From positions 1 through 46,215 of the forward strand of contig NW_021835366.1 in the NCBI RefSeq assembly GCF_006345805.1: 46,215 nucleotides of DNA, in the 5' to 3' direction. Origin of the DNA: Octopus sinensis. Its lineage: Eukaryota. The notes under the pieces are model-generated. The model was not told the DNA's origin, ran no database searches, and was given only the letters and a program-made list of their open reading frames with translations. Position numbers and translations under genes: made by a program. Numbering within the stretch: the stretch's first letter is position 1; each line of letters opens with the position of its first letter. This document shows, in pieces, positions 1 through 13,092 of this stretch.

Positions 1-74
1 ACTACGCTCTGAGTTCAAATTCTGCCGAGGTCGACTTTGCCTTTCAGCTATTCGGGGTCGATAAATTAAGTACC
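1..74 (+). mobile_element. SINE-A fragment (B box plus central domain), truncated by the window edge
   Basis: GAGTTCAAATTC B-box-like motif followed by GGTCGACTTTGCCTTTC...GGGGTCGATAAATTAAGTACC, which recurs in more than 10 copies in the window. Confidence 0.9.
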
Positions 75-305
75 TATTTCTTAACTACCCACAAGGAGCT
101 AAACACAGAGAGGACAAACAAGGAAAGACAAACGGATTAAGTCGATTACATCGACCCCAGTGCGTAACTGGTACTTAATTTATCGGCCCCGAAAGAATGA
201 AAGGCAAAGTCGACCTCGGCGGAATTTGAACTCAGAACGTAACGGCAGACGAAATGCCTCTAAACATTTCGCCCGGCGTGCTAACGTTTCTGCCAGCTCG
301 CCACC
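71..305 (-). mobile_element. SINE-A, full length (tRNA-derived; central domain resembles the Meta domain)
   Basis: Head AAGG(C/T)GGCGAGCTGGCAGAAACGTTAGC, B box GTTCAAATTCC, 3' end AAGAAATAGGTA. The Meta-domain resemblance is from memory and unverified. Confidence 0.9.
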
Positions 306-366
306 TTGTTCATGTGTAGATATTGTTGTATATATAAGCCTGGATGTATGTACATAATCATATACG

Positions 367-465
367 TGATTACATCGACCCCAGTGCGTAACTGGTACTT
401 AATTTATCGACCCCGAAAGGATGAAAGGCAAAGTCGACCTCGGCGGAATTTTAACTCAGAACCTA
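367..465 (-). mobile_element. SINE-A internal fragment
   Basis: Near-identical to about 146-237. Confidence 0.85.
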
Positions 466-648
466 AGAGTAGCAAATGGGCCTATGGGGAGCTGATAGCT
501 GTTTCACAAGAGTACGGAGGTCAATACTCGTAGGATCTCGCATAATTAATTAGATTCAGAGTAATAAAGATATTTTATGTTTTCTCTTTTATTTATTCAT
601 TTTGTTCTGTAATAATGAAGTGGGGGGGAGATATTCATTAAATTTTAG

Positions 649-780
649 ATCGCATCCTATATTGAATGATGGAAACTGCCCCCAAACATTCTGTCTGAAG
701 CCAATGCTTTCAAGAGAACAGGTTGTACTAGAACGAGATAAAATTCCTAAGTTTGCTCTTGTAGGATTTGATCCCAGGAT
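649..780 (+). CDS. Possible isolated internal exon (SHPILNDGNCPQTFCLKPMLSREQVVLERDKIPKFALVGFDPR), product unknown
   Basis: TTTTAG acceptor at 643-648, GTAAAG donor at 781, 132 nt, one open frame, non-repetitive. No homology recognised. Confidence 0.2.
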
Positions 781-1322
781 GTAAAGATCCGTCCACAAAA
801 AAAAAAAAAAATCGCAGTGCACCAGCACTGCCGTACTTTTCACACTGCCTCATAACAATACATACCAATGCTGCGACCAACACCACCATGACCTCCTCCA
901 AACACCATCAACGCCACCTCTTCCAATGGCACAACACCAGCCAGTTTGCAATATTAAACGCTATCTCGTCTCCCAACTTATAAGCAGCACAACGACTACC
1001 ACCACCGTAACCACCACTAGAGTTTAAACATCCGCTAACACTTTGCCGAAGTGGACCTCTAACGGACTCACTGACTTACGAGGATCCAGACCACAATACC
1101 TAGATATCATTGTGTCATGATGTCCATTATTCTTTCCACTCAGCGACGTTGTGGGGGCCATCCTCCTTTCCGTGGGAGCTTCTCTTTTATCACTATATTA
1201 AGCTACATTAATAGAGTTTCGTTTAATAAGTGATAGAATATATTCCTTTGATGTTTTGGATAACGTTTATTGGTGTGCTGACTTTAAATTAGATGTACAC
1301 AGCGATAATTATAGTAATAGAC

Positions 1323-1323
1323 A

Positions 1324-1355
<32 letters not shown>

Positions 1356-1430
1356 TATATATATATCTATATATGTATATGTCTAATATATATATATATA
1401 TATATATAACATATATATACTATATATATA

Positions 1431-1484
<54 letters not shown>

Positions 1485-1514
1485 TCATATATACATATAC
1501 ACGTATATATGTAC

Positions 1515-1546
<32 letters not shown>

Positions 1547-1572
1547 TAATATACATAATACATATACACGTA

Positions 1573-1625
<53 letters not shown>

Positions 1626-1675
1626 GGATTGTATATGTGCATACACAACACACGCACAAACCACATACACACACA
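1323..1675. repeat. Compound (CA)n/(TA)n microsatellite
   Basis: Directly visible. Confidence 0.95.
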
Positions 1676-3218
1676 TTTATTTATCGTTGCTATTATGCGA
1701 AAGTGTCGTACGTACGAAATATTGCTTTTTTAGAAAACGAAAAAATAGTTTCACCATTCCATAGCAAAACCGTTGTACTACACTTTGACCATTTTTCATA
1801 TGTTGGCATCTGAAGCAGCTGGACAAACAATAGCTTGGCCAAGAGAACCGACTATTGCAAGCAAAAGAAATATTGAAAAAAAAAAAAAAATAACGCATTT
1901 GGCCAAATTGGGACATACGAGATTTTAACATAATACCAACGATGTGTACACTTATAGTTAGTTATACTAAAACAAACTAGCGTTCTAGAATGTAAGATAT
2001 TCAGCTTGAAATTCCAACAGTATTTTTCAGTCAGTGCTTGCTTCAAAGCTTTATAGTGATATTATGAAATCTTAGTAAAGTACTATAGTTGAATAAAGAA
2101 ATATATAATGTAAGTCCTACAGTAGGAGAATTAACAGAGTCAGTTAACGCATTGCAAAGATCGCCTCACCGTATTTGCTTACGTTCTCATTATTGAGAGC
2201 TCAGATGCCGTCGGTATCTTTCATACATTAGTGGACGATAAAAAGTTCAAGGCAAACATTAGTAATGAAGGGTGGAAAATTGAACAAAGGTAATAACGGT
2301 GGTATGGGTGCATTGCGGTATTTGTTTCGGATCTTTGTGTTCTGAGTTCAAATCATCCTAGGGCCAACTTTCGAATTTTATACAATAAATTATCCAATTC
2401 TAGTAAAACCTGTTTTTTGGAAACAATCGCTTCAGAGTACCGATCTGAGGATATATCCCACCATTCATAACAATAAGGGGAGCGATGTAAGAATTAATAA
2501 ATATTGCCACCTTTCCTGATTAAAACAGAATGGATGAATAAAGAAAAAACAAAATATAACTGCATTATTCTGAGTCTAATCAATTACGCGAGAACCTACG
2601 AGCATTGACTGCAATAATCGTGTGAAACAGATACCAGCCCCCCGTAGGGCTCTTTGCCACTGTTGAAATATACACTCTATTTAATTGTATATTGAATCTT
2701 TATAATAATTATGGTCATCCCTGCTCGAACCAAATTTATATTAGTAATTCTTGTCTACTTATTTCTACTGCTTCTATGAAATATTTGTCATCGCTTCCTC
2801 ACTCCTGATTAATTATTACAGAAACTTATGGCAGAGGATTGCGTTCTGCATGGTCATGTGACTTGAAATATATACAGGCAAATTGTCACCGTCTTAAAAC
2901 AACCGTAAGAGCGCGGAATATTATACATCGGTCGCACATTCTGATAGATTTCAGAGCCTATGTCGTGTACTATCATAAATCAAAGATGTTTGGCTATGAA
3001 AGGAAATGAAGGCGAGGGAAAATTATTTCTGAAAAATATAAACTCAAACATTGGTTGCAACATTATGACCGGGGGTCTGTCTGATGAGATCTAACCTGCA
3101 GCTAAAGAAAAAACAAGGAACAACAACCCAACCAACTGAGAACTCGGTTCTTCCTCTTCTGTTATTCTCAATACACTGATCATAGCAATCATTGTTTGAT
3201 ATACGAGAAGGAATTAAC

Positions 3219-3490
3219 TACCTATTTCTTTACTACCCACAAATGGGCTAAACACAGAGAGGACAAACAAGGACAGACAAACAGATTAAGTCGATTATAT
3301 CGACCCTAGTGCATAACTGGTACTTATTTAATCGACCCCGAGAGGATGAAAAACAAAGTCGATCTCGGCTGAGTTTAAACTCAGAACGTAACGGCAGGCG
3401 AAATACCTATTTCTTTACTTCCCACAAGGGGCTAAACTCAGACGAAATACCGCTAAGCATTTCGCCCGGTGTGCTAACGATTCTGCCACC
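3219..3490 (-). mobile_element. SINE-A rearranged dimer
   Basis: Two 3' ends (3219 and about 3404) fused at AAATACC (3401-3407); the second unit is internally deleted near 3435-3445. Confidence 0.85.
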
Positions 3491-4587
3491 TGTATTGATC
3501 TCATATGATGGACATACTCCTTGATACATTGTAAACTAAAACAGAAAAGAAAACCATTCTTGGTGCTCAAAGAAATTCTTAATCCTAATCGCATCAAAAT
3601 CCTCTCCTAGCGGTCTCGGGACTTACGCTGCTTTCCAATTCTTCAATAATCGGAATTATGGCAATGCAAAGAAACCTTAGTTTCTTAATATTCTCTTTCT
3701 AAGTTTAACCTAAAACATCCAATAAAACTCAATTTGTATGAAGACAGCGCATGATTTAATAGTAATTTCACTGCCAGAACTAGCATGGTTCTAAAACGTA
3801 TATGTCGTTCGGATCTCAGTTCAATATTGGAAGCGTAGAAGTAAAAAAAAATCTCTTGGGAAGTATTGAAAATAGCTAAACACTTGCAGAGTGATCAATT
3901 TTCCTAAAATCAAACTAAAAGGAAGAAAAAAAATCTTTCTATTACACAATATTTGATCAGTAACAAAGTTGAAATTTATATAATTTTCTCATTGGAAAGA
4001 GTTAAGATAATCGAAGTCAATCAGTTAAACTATACTGAGATTATTTATTTCATTTATTCAATTTATACGAAGTGATTAATTACACAAAGGTGAAATATCG
4101 AAGGTAATTGTGTTACCTGTTGGATTATTCTAAATTTGGTTGACGTCAATCATGCACTCGCAGACAAATTGTCACACGTTTCCTCCATACAAGGAAAACA
4201 TGGCACCTTTTTTTTCTCCATTTGATCAATGATGTCGTCAGTTTTGCTTCAAAGCTATTCTACGGGAACAAAACAGAGTGTTGTTCTAATATTAAACAAA
4301 TATATTAATATTAACAGTACGAAACAAGGAAAAACAAAATAAAGTTTTAAAAAATCGTTGCTTTTCATCAATGATTCTGGTGCCTCTGGTGCCGACTTAA
4401 TGGTAGTGGCATTCGTGACATACACACATTCACATACGCAGAGAACGGTACTACAATGTTTGCCAATCTCTTCATGAATATGTGTGAATGTATGCGTGTG
4501 TGGGCTTGTAGATTTATACATGTACAAGTTGTGTATATGTAACATGTATGTATAGCTATATGTGTATATATATAATGCAAGTGTGTA

Positions 4588-4634
<47 letters not shown>

Positions 4635-4709
4635 ATGTATATATAATGCATATATATATATATATATGTGTATATATATATATGCATGTTTATATTCTTT
4701 TGTTATGCG

Positions 4710-4935
4710 TTTATTCGTTTACTTCCTTCAGTCATTTGACTGCGGCCATGCTGGTGCATCCTTTTCAATGAATGGGTTTAGTCGAACAGATAGACACCAG
4801 GTCTTTATGTTTTTTTTACTGCCTATTATTTATTCTATCGGCTCGTTTGCCGAACCGCTAGATTACGGTAATATAAACACACCAAAACCAGTTGTAAAGA
4901 GGCAACGGGAGGGTGGTGGATAGGAACAGTCCAAA
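4710..4935 (-). mobile_element. SINE-B 3' portion, degenerate
   Basis: TCAGTCATTTGACTGCGGCCATGCTGG and TTTGCCGAACCGCTA motifs. Confidence 0.8.
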
Positions 4936-4963
4936 ATACACACACACACACATATACATATAT

Positions 4964-5330
4964 TCTTTTGTTTTAGTCTCTTACTTGTTTCAATCATTTG
5001 ACTGTGGCCACGCTGCAGCACCGCCTTTAGTCGAGGAAATAGCGCCAAGAGCTTATTCTTTGTTAGCCTAATACTTATTCTATTGGTCTTTTTTGCCGAA
5101 CTGCTAAATTACGGTGGTCGTAAATACACCAACATCGGTTGTCAAGAGATGTTGAGGGGATAAACACAGACACACAAACATACATACGCACACACGCACA
5201 CATACACACACACACACACACATATATATATAAGACGGGCTTCTTACAGTTTCCATTTACCAAATTTATTCACAAGGCCTTGTTCGGCCCGACGCAATAA
5301 TAGAGGATACCTGCCCAAGGCGTCACACAG
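4964..5330 (-). mobile_element. SINE-B lacking its head
   Basis: Tail, body, internal CA/TA tract and CORE-like CCTGCCCAAGG segment. Confidence 0.85.
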
Positions 5331-5382
5331 GTATGTTATATATCAGTGTGTGTATGTAAAAATATATATGCAAATATATGAG

Positions 5383-5480
5383 AGGCAAAGTCGACCTCGG
5401 CGGAATTTGAAGTGAAAACGTAAAGACGGACAAAATACCACCAAACATTTCATCCGGAATGCTAAAGATTCTTCCAGCTC
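5383..5480 (-). mobile_element. SINE-A degenerate 5' half
   Basis: GGCAAAGTCGACCTCGGCGGAATTTGAA. Confidence 0.75.
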
Positions 5481-6636
5481 CGGCATTACATATTACAGCT
5501 TTATCATATTGGACATTCATTTAAAGTTGTTTTTTCCTGCACGACACATATTTCGAATTAGATAATTGCTTAATACTAATTTAACTGGGGTTTTTTCTTT
5601 GTTTCTTTTTTTTTTTTGCGATAATGATATCCCTGAGGAATTAAAACACAGATATTTTGTAATTCTGTTAGAAATCTTAAATCTCGATTTTAAAATCAAG
5701 ACTTATTACAAATTTTGATGCTATTTCCATTCTATGACCATTGGCATGCAGCATTTTCTTTTTTTGTTTTTCTTTTTTTGTTTTTTGGTTTCTTTTTTTT
5801 TTTTTTTCACTTTGACTCTATACAACAGGGATTATGAATGGCTTTGATAATGTTTCAGTCAAAAGCCGAAGTATTACATTACTCAAACATTGTGTATGGA
5901 AATATTTATAAAAATTCAAATAAAATTTAAATTCAATAACTTAGAAAAAAAAACAAAAAACAAGAATACAGAAAAATATTACTTACTTATAATAAATCAT
6001 TCTTCTACAACAACAAAAAAAACCCCTGAATAACACGAGCTTCAAAACATTCGAGAAAAAATGAGTATTTTTTAAATCATATTCAATACATTTCTTTTAC
6101 TATCCCTGGCGCTCTCACTTGTTCGCTGTGATGTATGACTGCACTTTGGTTCAGCATTTGTGAGACACTAGTCTTACACAGTAAACTATATGTCAATTAC
6201 GTTTACAATTATATGTAAGATTTCCTATTTTCCCATCTGTTCTTCTGTTCGTTTCAAAAATCTGACAAATTCTCTTTACCGTTTATGTTGCACCGTCATT
6301 CTACAAATTGTACGTCGAGATTGAAAATAATGTTAGTTGTCTTTAGATTTTTCCTTGCTGAAGCAATACACATACATAATGTCAATGTACATACAGGTAT
6401 CAATATTTATTATACAGAGTGCAATATGTAAATTGTCACCATTTTATGTTTTTTTTTCGCGTATGCGCGTTGTTTGTTTTTGACTGTCGACTACACAGTA
6501 TAATAGGGTCAGTCGGGCACCGTCAGTGAGAGAAACAGCACCTTGACGCAATTAACTCTGCCAGAAATCTGAAAGGACATGCTGTGGTGCTTGGCTTTCA
6601 TGCCCCAGTGTGAACATTTCAGAGCTTTTGTGTGTC

Positions 6637-6668
<32 letters not shown>

Positions 6669-6728
6669 TTGTGTGTGTGTGTGTGTCATATATATATATA
6701 TATTTATTTACATATATATATATATATA

Positions 6729-7155
6729 CTCTTTACTCTTTTACTCTTTTATTTGTTTCAGTCATTTGACTGCGGCCATGCCGGAGCACCGCCTTTAGTC
6801 GACCAAATCGACCCCGGGACTTATTCTTTGTAAGCCCAGTACTTATTCTATCGGTCCCTTTTGCCGAACCGCTAAGTGATGGGGACGTAAACACACCAGC
6901 ATCGGTTGTCAAGCAATGCTAGGGAGACAAACAAAGCCACACAAACACACACACTTACATATATATATATATAATATATATATACATATATATAACGACA
7001 TGCTTCTTTCAGTTTCCGTCTACCAAATCCACTCACAGGGCATTGGTCGGCCCGGGGCTATAGCAGAAGTTACTTGCCCAAGATGCCACGCAGTGGGACT
7101 GAACCCGGAACCATGTGGCTGGTTAGCAAGCTACTTCCCACACAGCCACTCCTGC
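6729..7155 (-). mobile_element. SINE-B full length (tRNA head, CORE-like segment, internal microsatellite; possibly the octopus OK family)
   Basis: A box TGGCTGTGTGG, B box GGTTCAGTCCC, CTTGGGCAAGT core, (AAAGAGTA)n tail; co-linear with 11478-11857 and 29504-29905. Confidence 0.92.
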
Positions 7156-7202
7156 ATATAGATACATAGGGCAAAGCGCAAAAGAGAACTCTTTGGCCAA
7201 TA

Positions 7203-7503
7203 ATGATCATGGGATTGCACCTAGAAAGTTACCTTCCGAGGCACAAATCTGAGAAAGATTTTGTTTATGTAAGATCACCAGTTGCCAATGGTTACCGGTC
7301 TCAACGCCGCAGGTGTTATCTAAGGGAAAGGCAAAACGCCGATACAGGTTGGCATGAGTGACGTAGCGACTCATTTCTACAACTAAGTGAAGTGGGGTAA
7401 CGTGAAATAAAGCGTCTTGCTGAAGAACATAACACACAGTCTGGTCCAGGGACCGAACTCACTATCTCGTGATTGTGAACCCGACACTCCCACCACTGAG
7501 CCT
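7203..7503 (-). mobile_element. SINE-F: tRNA head and core shared with D/E, distinct 3' half
   Basis: CTCATTTCTAC...CGTGAAATAAAGCGTCTTGCTGAAGAACA is homologous to 15010-15050, 24414-24470 and 31076-31140. Confidence 0.75.
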
Positions 7504-7796
7504 GTGAATCTAATATAGGCACAGGCGTATAAGTACGTATGTATGAATGTATTATGCATATATATGTATATATACGCATGTTTACTGACACACTTTCACA
7601 CACGTATAACGTCATATAGCTTTATATATGTACGAATTTATCATTGCATATGTATGCGTAAGCACCCATATATTTTATACATTGATGTATACACATGCAC
7701 ATATATTTACACACACACACACATATATTTATTTACACACACACAGATGTATATACACATACAGAGAAACATTTATATATATATATATATATATAT

Positions 7797-7797
<1 letters not shown>

Positions 7798-7857
<60 letters not shown>

Positions 7858-7893
7858 TGATATATAGATGAATAGATAGATGGATAGATAGAC

Positions 7894-7952
<59 letters not shown>
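7798..7952. repeat. (TAGA)n microsatellite
   Basis: Directly visible. Confidence 0.97.
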
Positions 7953-8656
7953 CACAAGGCGATATTGAGTTGCGAACAATGTAAAAATCGTCAATGTCTT
8001 CGAATTCGTTATATATTGCATACACCCTCCCTTTCCTATTGTTATATTTTTTTTCTATTGACACAGATATTTTTATAGGTAATATTCTTTGTTTGCTAAG
8101 CGCGTTGTCAAAATATAATACTAAATATCCAAGACGAAGATATAAAAAAAATGAAGATAGAATGCTGCCACAAAGAATAAAGTGAAAACACATATACATA
8201 CATACAAGATATATATATATATATATTAGTAAATAAAGGCATGGAACACGTTCATTGCATATTCAACGATATTTTATCGATTTGTCTATTTAGAACGAAA
8301 AAAAAAGAAACATGTCTCCCATATTTTGTCCGTGGCATTCGCGCCATGTTTGTGAGGTGCGTTGCTCATTTTTCTCTCTGCATGTCAGTTGAAGTTTCGT
8401 CGAGATTCTTGTACTATGCGCAAAAAAAGTGTTATTTTCTTTAGTCTCTGATTAAAAATACCTTTCTTTTTGTTTTTTTTTATCCCAAAATATCACATGC
8501 TCTTATCATCCAACTCTCGTATATTTCCCACGTAGAAACACATCATATGAAATATATGACATGTAATGATATTCATACACGAATTTCAATACACGGAAGA
8601 AAAATATGAAAAAAATTTGTAGAAACATGATTACATGTATGTATGTATGTATGAAT

Positions 8657-8853
8657 TCGTTTACTTGTTTGAGTCATTTGACTGTGGCTATTCTGGGGCG
8701 CCGCTTTTCGTCGAGCAAGTTTACCCCAGGAATTATTCTTTTTAAGCCTAGTACTTATTCCTTCGGTCTCTTTTGCTGAACCGTTAAGTTACGGGGACGT
8801 AAACACAGCAGCATAGTTTGTCACGCGAGAGTGGGGGACAAACACAGAGACAC
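8657..8853 (-). mobile_element. SINE-B 3' half
   Basis: Co-linear with 6745-6935. Confidence 0.85.
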
Positions 8854-9115
8854 AAGTAAAGCATACAAATCTGCACATATACATACATACACACATACAT
8901 ACATACGTGATGCCAACGTTCTAAATAGACAAAAATACCCTGTTGTTGATGAGGAAATTCCAATGAAGGAACCTTGGATCTAGATTATAAACCAGATATT
9001 CTATATTTGTCAGAAATCTTGAAAGAAAACTGAATAATCACATATATAACTATATACATGCATACATACACATACTATATATATATATATAATATATATA
9101 TAATATATATATATA

Positions 9116-9571
9116 CTCCTTTACTCTTTTACTTGTTTCAGTCATTTGACTGCGGCCATGGTGGAGCGCCGCCTTAATCGAGCACTCGACCCAGACTTAT
9201 TCTTTTGCAAGCCCAGTACTTATTCTATCGGTCTCTTTTGCCGAACCGCTAAGTAACGGGGACATAAACACAACCAGCATCGGTTGTCAAGCAATGCTAG
9301 GGGGACAACACACTCACACAACACCACAATATATATATATATACATATATACGACGGGCTTCTTTCAGTTTCCGTCTACCAATCCCTCACAAGCTTTGGT
9401 CGGCCCGAACTATAGTAGAAACACATTCCCAAAGTACCACGCAGTGGGACTGAACCCGAACCGCACTTTGGGAAAGTGTTTCTACTATAGCTTCGGGCCG
9501 ACCAAAGCCTTGTGAGTGGATTTGGTAGACGGAAACTGAAAGAAGCCCGTCGTATATATGTATATATAATA

Positions 9572-9610
<39 letters not shown>

Positions 9611-9705
9611 TTGTGTGTGTTTGTGTGAGTGTGTTTTGTCCCCCTAGCATTGCTTGACCCCATGGTTGGTAAACAAGCTACTTACCACACAGCCACTCTT
9701 GCGCC
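9116..9705 (-). mobile_element. SINE-B carrying an internal inverted duplication (9465-9658 on +)
   Basis: Minus-strand tail to B box (9116-9460), plus-strand body copy, then the rest of the minus-strand head (9661-9705). Confidence 0.9.
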
Positions 9706-9712
9706 TATATAT

Positions 9713-9746
<34 letters not shown>

Positions 9747-10354
9747 ATATATATATACATACATATAGATAGATAGGGATTTGTATTTACCGTTATTAGG
9801 TCAGTGCAGGATGTTCAAATATGTTACTGATTCAGGACGGCAAGTAACGTTCGAATGTGATGGCTGATAATCAGCCATCGAATTTGTAGGCGATACATTT
9901 ATCCTTAAAATATAGATTTACTTTAAAGAAATGGATGAAACAGACGTTTACAGCTAGCGTTGTTTTAGGTCTGACTACACATCAACAATCATAAACAAAT
10001 CATTACCAAATTATTATGTGGGTGTCTATATTTATATACATATATATTCATATTCATATATACGTAACTATATATACGAATAAATATATATTATATACAC
10101 GCACGAGTGACAGAGGAGCACACACTCATACACATATAGAGGCATGCATATACATAAATCTATGTATTTTCATTATATATGAATATACACACATCTATAT
10201 GCACGTATACATGAATATATATATATACATACAAACATTTATACACATGCATATATACCACCATACATATATATATATATATAATATATATATATATATA
10301 CATATATAATTATACACACACATACACACACACACACATATATATATATATACA

Positions 10355-10372
10355 TATCTATCTATCTATCTG

Positions 10373-10461
<89 letters not shown>
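10355..10461. repeat. (TATC)n microsatellite
   Basis: Directly visible. Confidence 0.97.
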
Positions 10462-10748
10462 AAACAGACAAACTCACACAAACACACACATATATATACA
10501 CACACACTTATAGATGTAAACGCAAAATGATAATTGATTTTTAGTGTTTAATGGTAACAAGTGTGGTAACCAGCAGGACAGATATTTTCGAACGAATACA
10601 TTAACAATAGGTTGTGGTGGGGAGAGGCAAAAGATAAAGGAAATAGGTTATACCTCAATGGGTCTTACTAACTTACTAATGGACTGGAAGTGAGACATTC
10701 GCATATATATATATATATAAATATAAAAAAAACTTGGATATATATTAT

Positions 10749-10781
<33 letters not shown>

Positions 10782-10943
10782 TATATATGTACGTATGAAT
10801 CTGTATGTATATGCTTTTACCTGTTTACGTACATCAGTATGTACAAATGTATGTACAGATATACATTATCATAAAGGAGGAAATGTATCTATGTACCTAC
10901 TTCGCAATCTATCTCTCCGTCTATACTTATGTACGTATGTATG

Positions 10944-10980
<37 letters not shown>

Positions 10981-11144
10981 ATATATATATATAAATGTAT
11001 GTATGTATATATATATAATACTCTCGTACACAAACACATACACTCATAGACTATATGTGGATGTTCTTATACATATATATATATATATATATAATATATA
11101 ATATATATATATATATGTATGTATGTATACATATATATATATAC

Positions 11145-11177
<33 letters not shown>

Positions 11178-11477
11178 CATATATATACACATACATATAT
11201 ATATGTATATGTATATATATATATGTATTTATAATACACATAATTGGCGACGAATAAATTGTTGCCATATTATATTTTCACTTTTCGCGCATGCACTTCG
11301 TTTGTTTTTGTTTTCGTGCTAATGTAGTGCCCTTGTGTATCTATGTACATATCTAATATTGTATGTATATGTGTTATTAATAATCCTGTACGACTGATAA
11401 TTCGCTTGCCACTCGTGACGGTATTTTAATAAAACCATCCCTGCATTTATTCATATATATATATATATATATATATA

Positions 11478-11634
11478 GGCGCCGGAGTGGCTGTGTGGTA
11501 AGTAGCTTGCTAACCAACCGCATGGTTCCGGATTCAGTCTCACTGCGTGGCATCTTGGGTCTTCTGCCATAGCCCCGGGCCGACCAATGCCTTGTGAGTG
11601 GATTTGGTAGACGGAAACTGAAAGAAGCCTGTCG

Positions 11635-11665
<31 letters not shown>

Positions 11666-11857
11666 TTGTGTCTCTGTGTTTGTCCTCCTAGCATTGCTTG
11701 ACAACCGATGCTGGTGTGTTTACGTCACCTAGCGGTTCGGTAAAAAGAGACCGATAGAATAAGTACTGGGTTTACAAAGAATAAGTCCCGGGGTCGATTT
11801 GCTCGACTAAAGGCGGTGCTCCAGCATGGCCGCAGTCAAAATTACTGAAACAAGTAG
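11478..11857 (+). mobile_element. SINE-B full length
   Basis: GGCGCCGGAGTGGCTGTGTGG ... GTCAAAATTACTGAAACAAG. Confidence 0.92.
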
Positions 11858-13028
11858 AAAAAAATATATATATATATAGAGAGAGAGACAGAAAAAGAGA
11901 GAGTGAGAGAGAGGGTGAGCGAGGTTATGAGATGTAATGGTGTCAATAAGACCCAAAGGTGTCAGGTGATGCTGAGTAAGTGCTATGGATTGACCTTAGT
12001 TAAGCTGCAGGTTCCGTGATTATGCGAATAAGGAGTCCAACGTAGGTCATATATCAGCATGTGTATATATAAAATGACCTAAATAATACCCTCGATTCAA
12101 TAGTGCTATGTAAAAACTCTATACTTGGAATGACCAATTTCATATATGTTTTTAAAGCTTTCACAGCCTTGTTTTTTTTTATCTCATTCTGAAAGAAATT
12201 TATATATTTATATATATACATACATAAACACATATCATTCTATATATCTATGTTTGAATATAATTGTGGAAATACACACACAGAAACATGCACACATACA
12301 CTAGCACACACACACACACAAACACACACGTGTGCGCGCACTCACAGCAATGTACATATAGTGTGAAGAATGTGTGCCGTTAATGGCTATGGCGACTTCC
12401 TTTAAATTTGCAAAAGTGAATAGATGATTGTGTGAAGAATTCCAATACATTCATATTTTTTTTTCATCATTGTACGGAACACAATGCGATACCATGTTTG
12501 TATTTATATATGTGTATGCATGTGTGTGTACATATATTGACTTACTCACTCACATACGCCGTGCATTCTTTATAAGTGAATCGAAACGTAACGTATGCTC
12601 GTGTCTATATGTTATCTTACCATATTACTGCACATGTGTGCTCTGTTGTTGGTATATTTGTTGTCGGTTCATGGGCATTCTCCATTCAAGCGGATTTCTA
12701 TTTCGATAACAACTCACATTCTCTTTAACAATTTTATCGCTCAATGTTGTTCCCGTTTGCTTGTTTGTTTATTTGAATTTCTTTCTTTGTTGGTGCCTCT
12801 ACCAATATTCCATTACAATTTAGTAGATTTACTTATTTAGTTTGTCATTAAGTTAATATTTGAGAATAATATATATTTATTGGCGTTCGCTCGTATGTAT
12901 TCATACGTCTATAGACTGTTCTCTCCTTCAATGTAACTCACACCCTGTATAATCACGTATAAGATAATATATCTCACTCCCTGTATAATCACGTATATGA
13001 TTATGTACAACAATATCTACACGTGAAC

Positions 13029-13092
13029 AAGGCGGCGAGCTGGCAGAAACGTTAGCACGCCGAGCGAAATGCTTAGCGGTATTTCGTCGGCG
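13029..13092 (+). mobile_element. SINE-A head only
   Basis: AAGGCGGCGAGCTGGCAGAAACG...GGTATTTCGTC, then truncated. Confidence 0.85.

Noticed and set aside
2866-2930. SCDLKYIQANCHRLKTTVR resembling a GIY-YIG motif
   Set aside because: Too short, with no convincing flanking motifs
3081-3110. CTGATGA hammerhead core
   Set aside because: No stem II or correctly placed GAAA follows
12621-12685. Possible minus-strand first exon MENAHEPTTNIPTTEHTCAVIW with a GTAAGA donor
   Set aside because: Only an ATG and a donor; no homology or downstream exon identifiable
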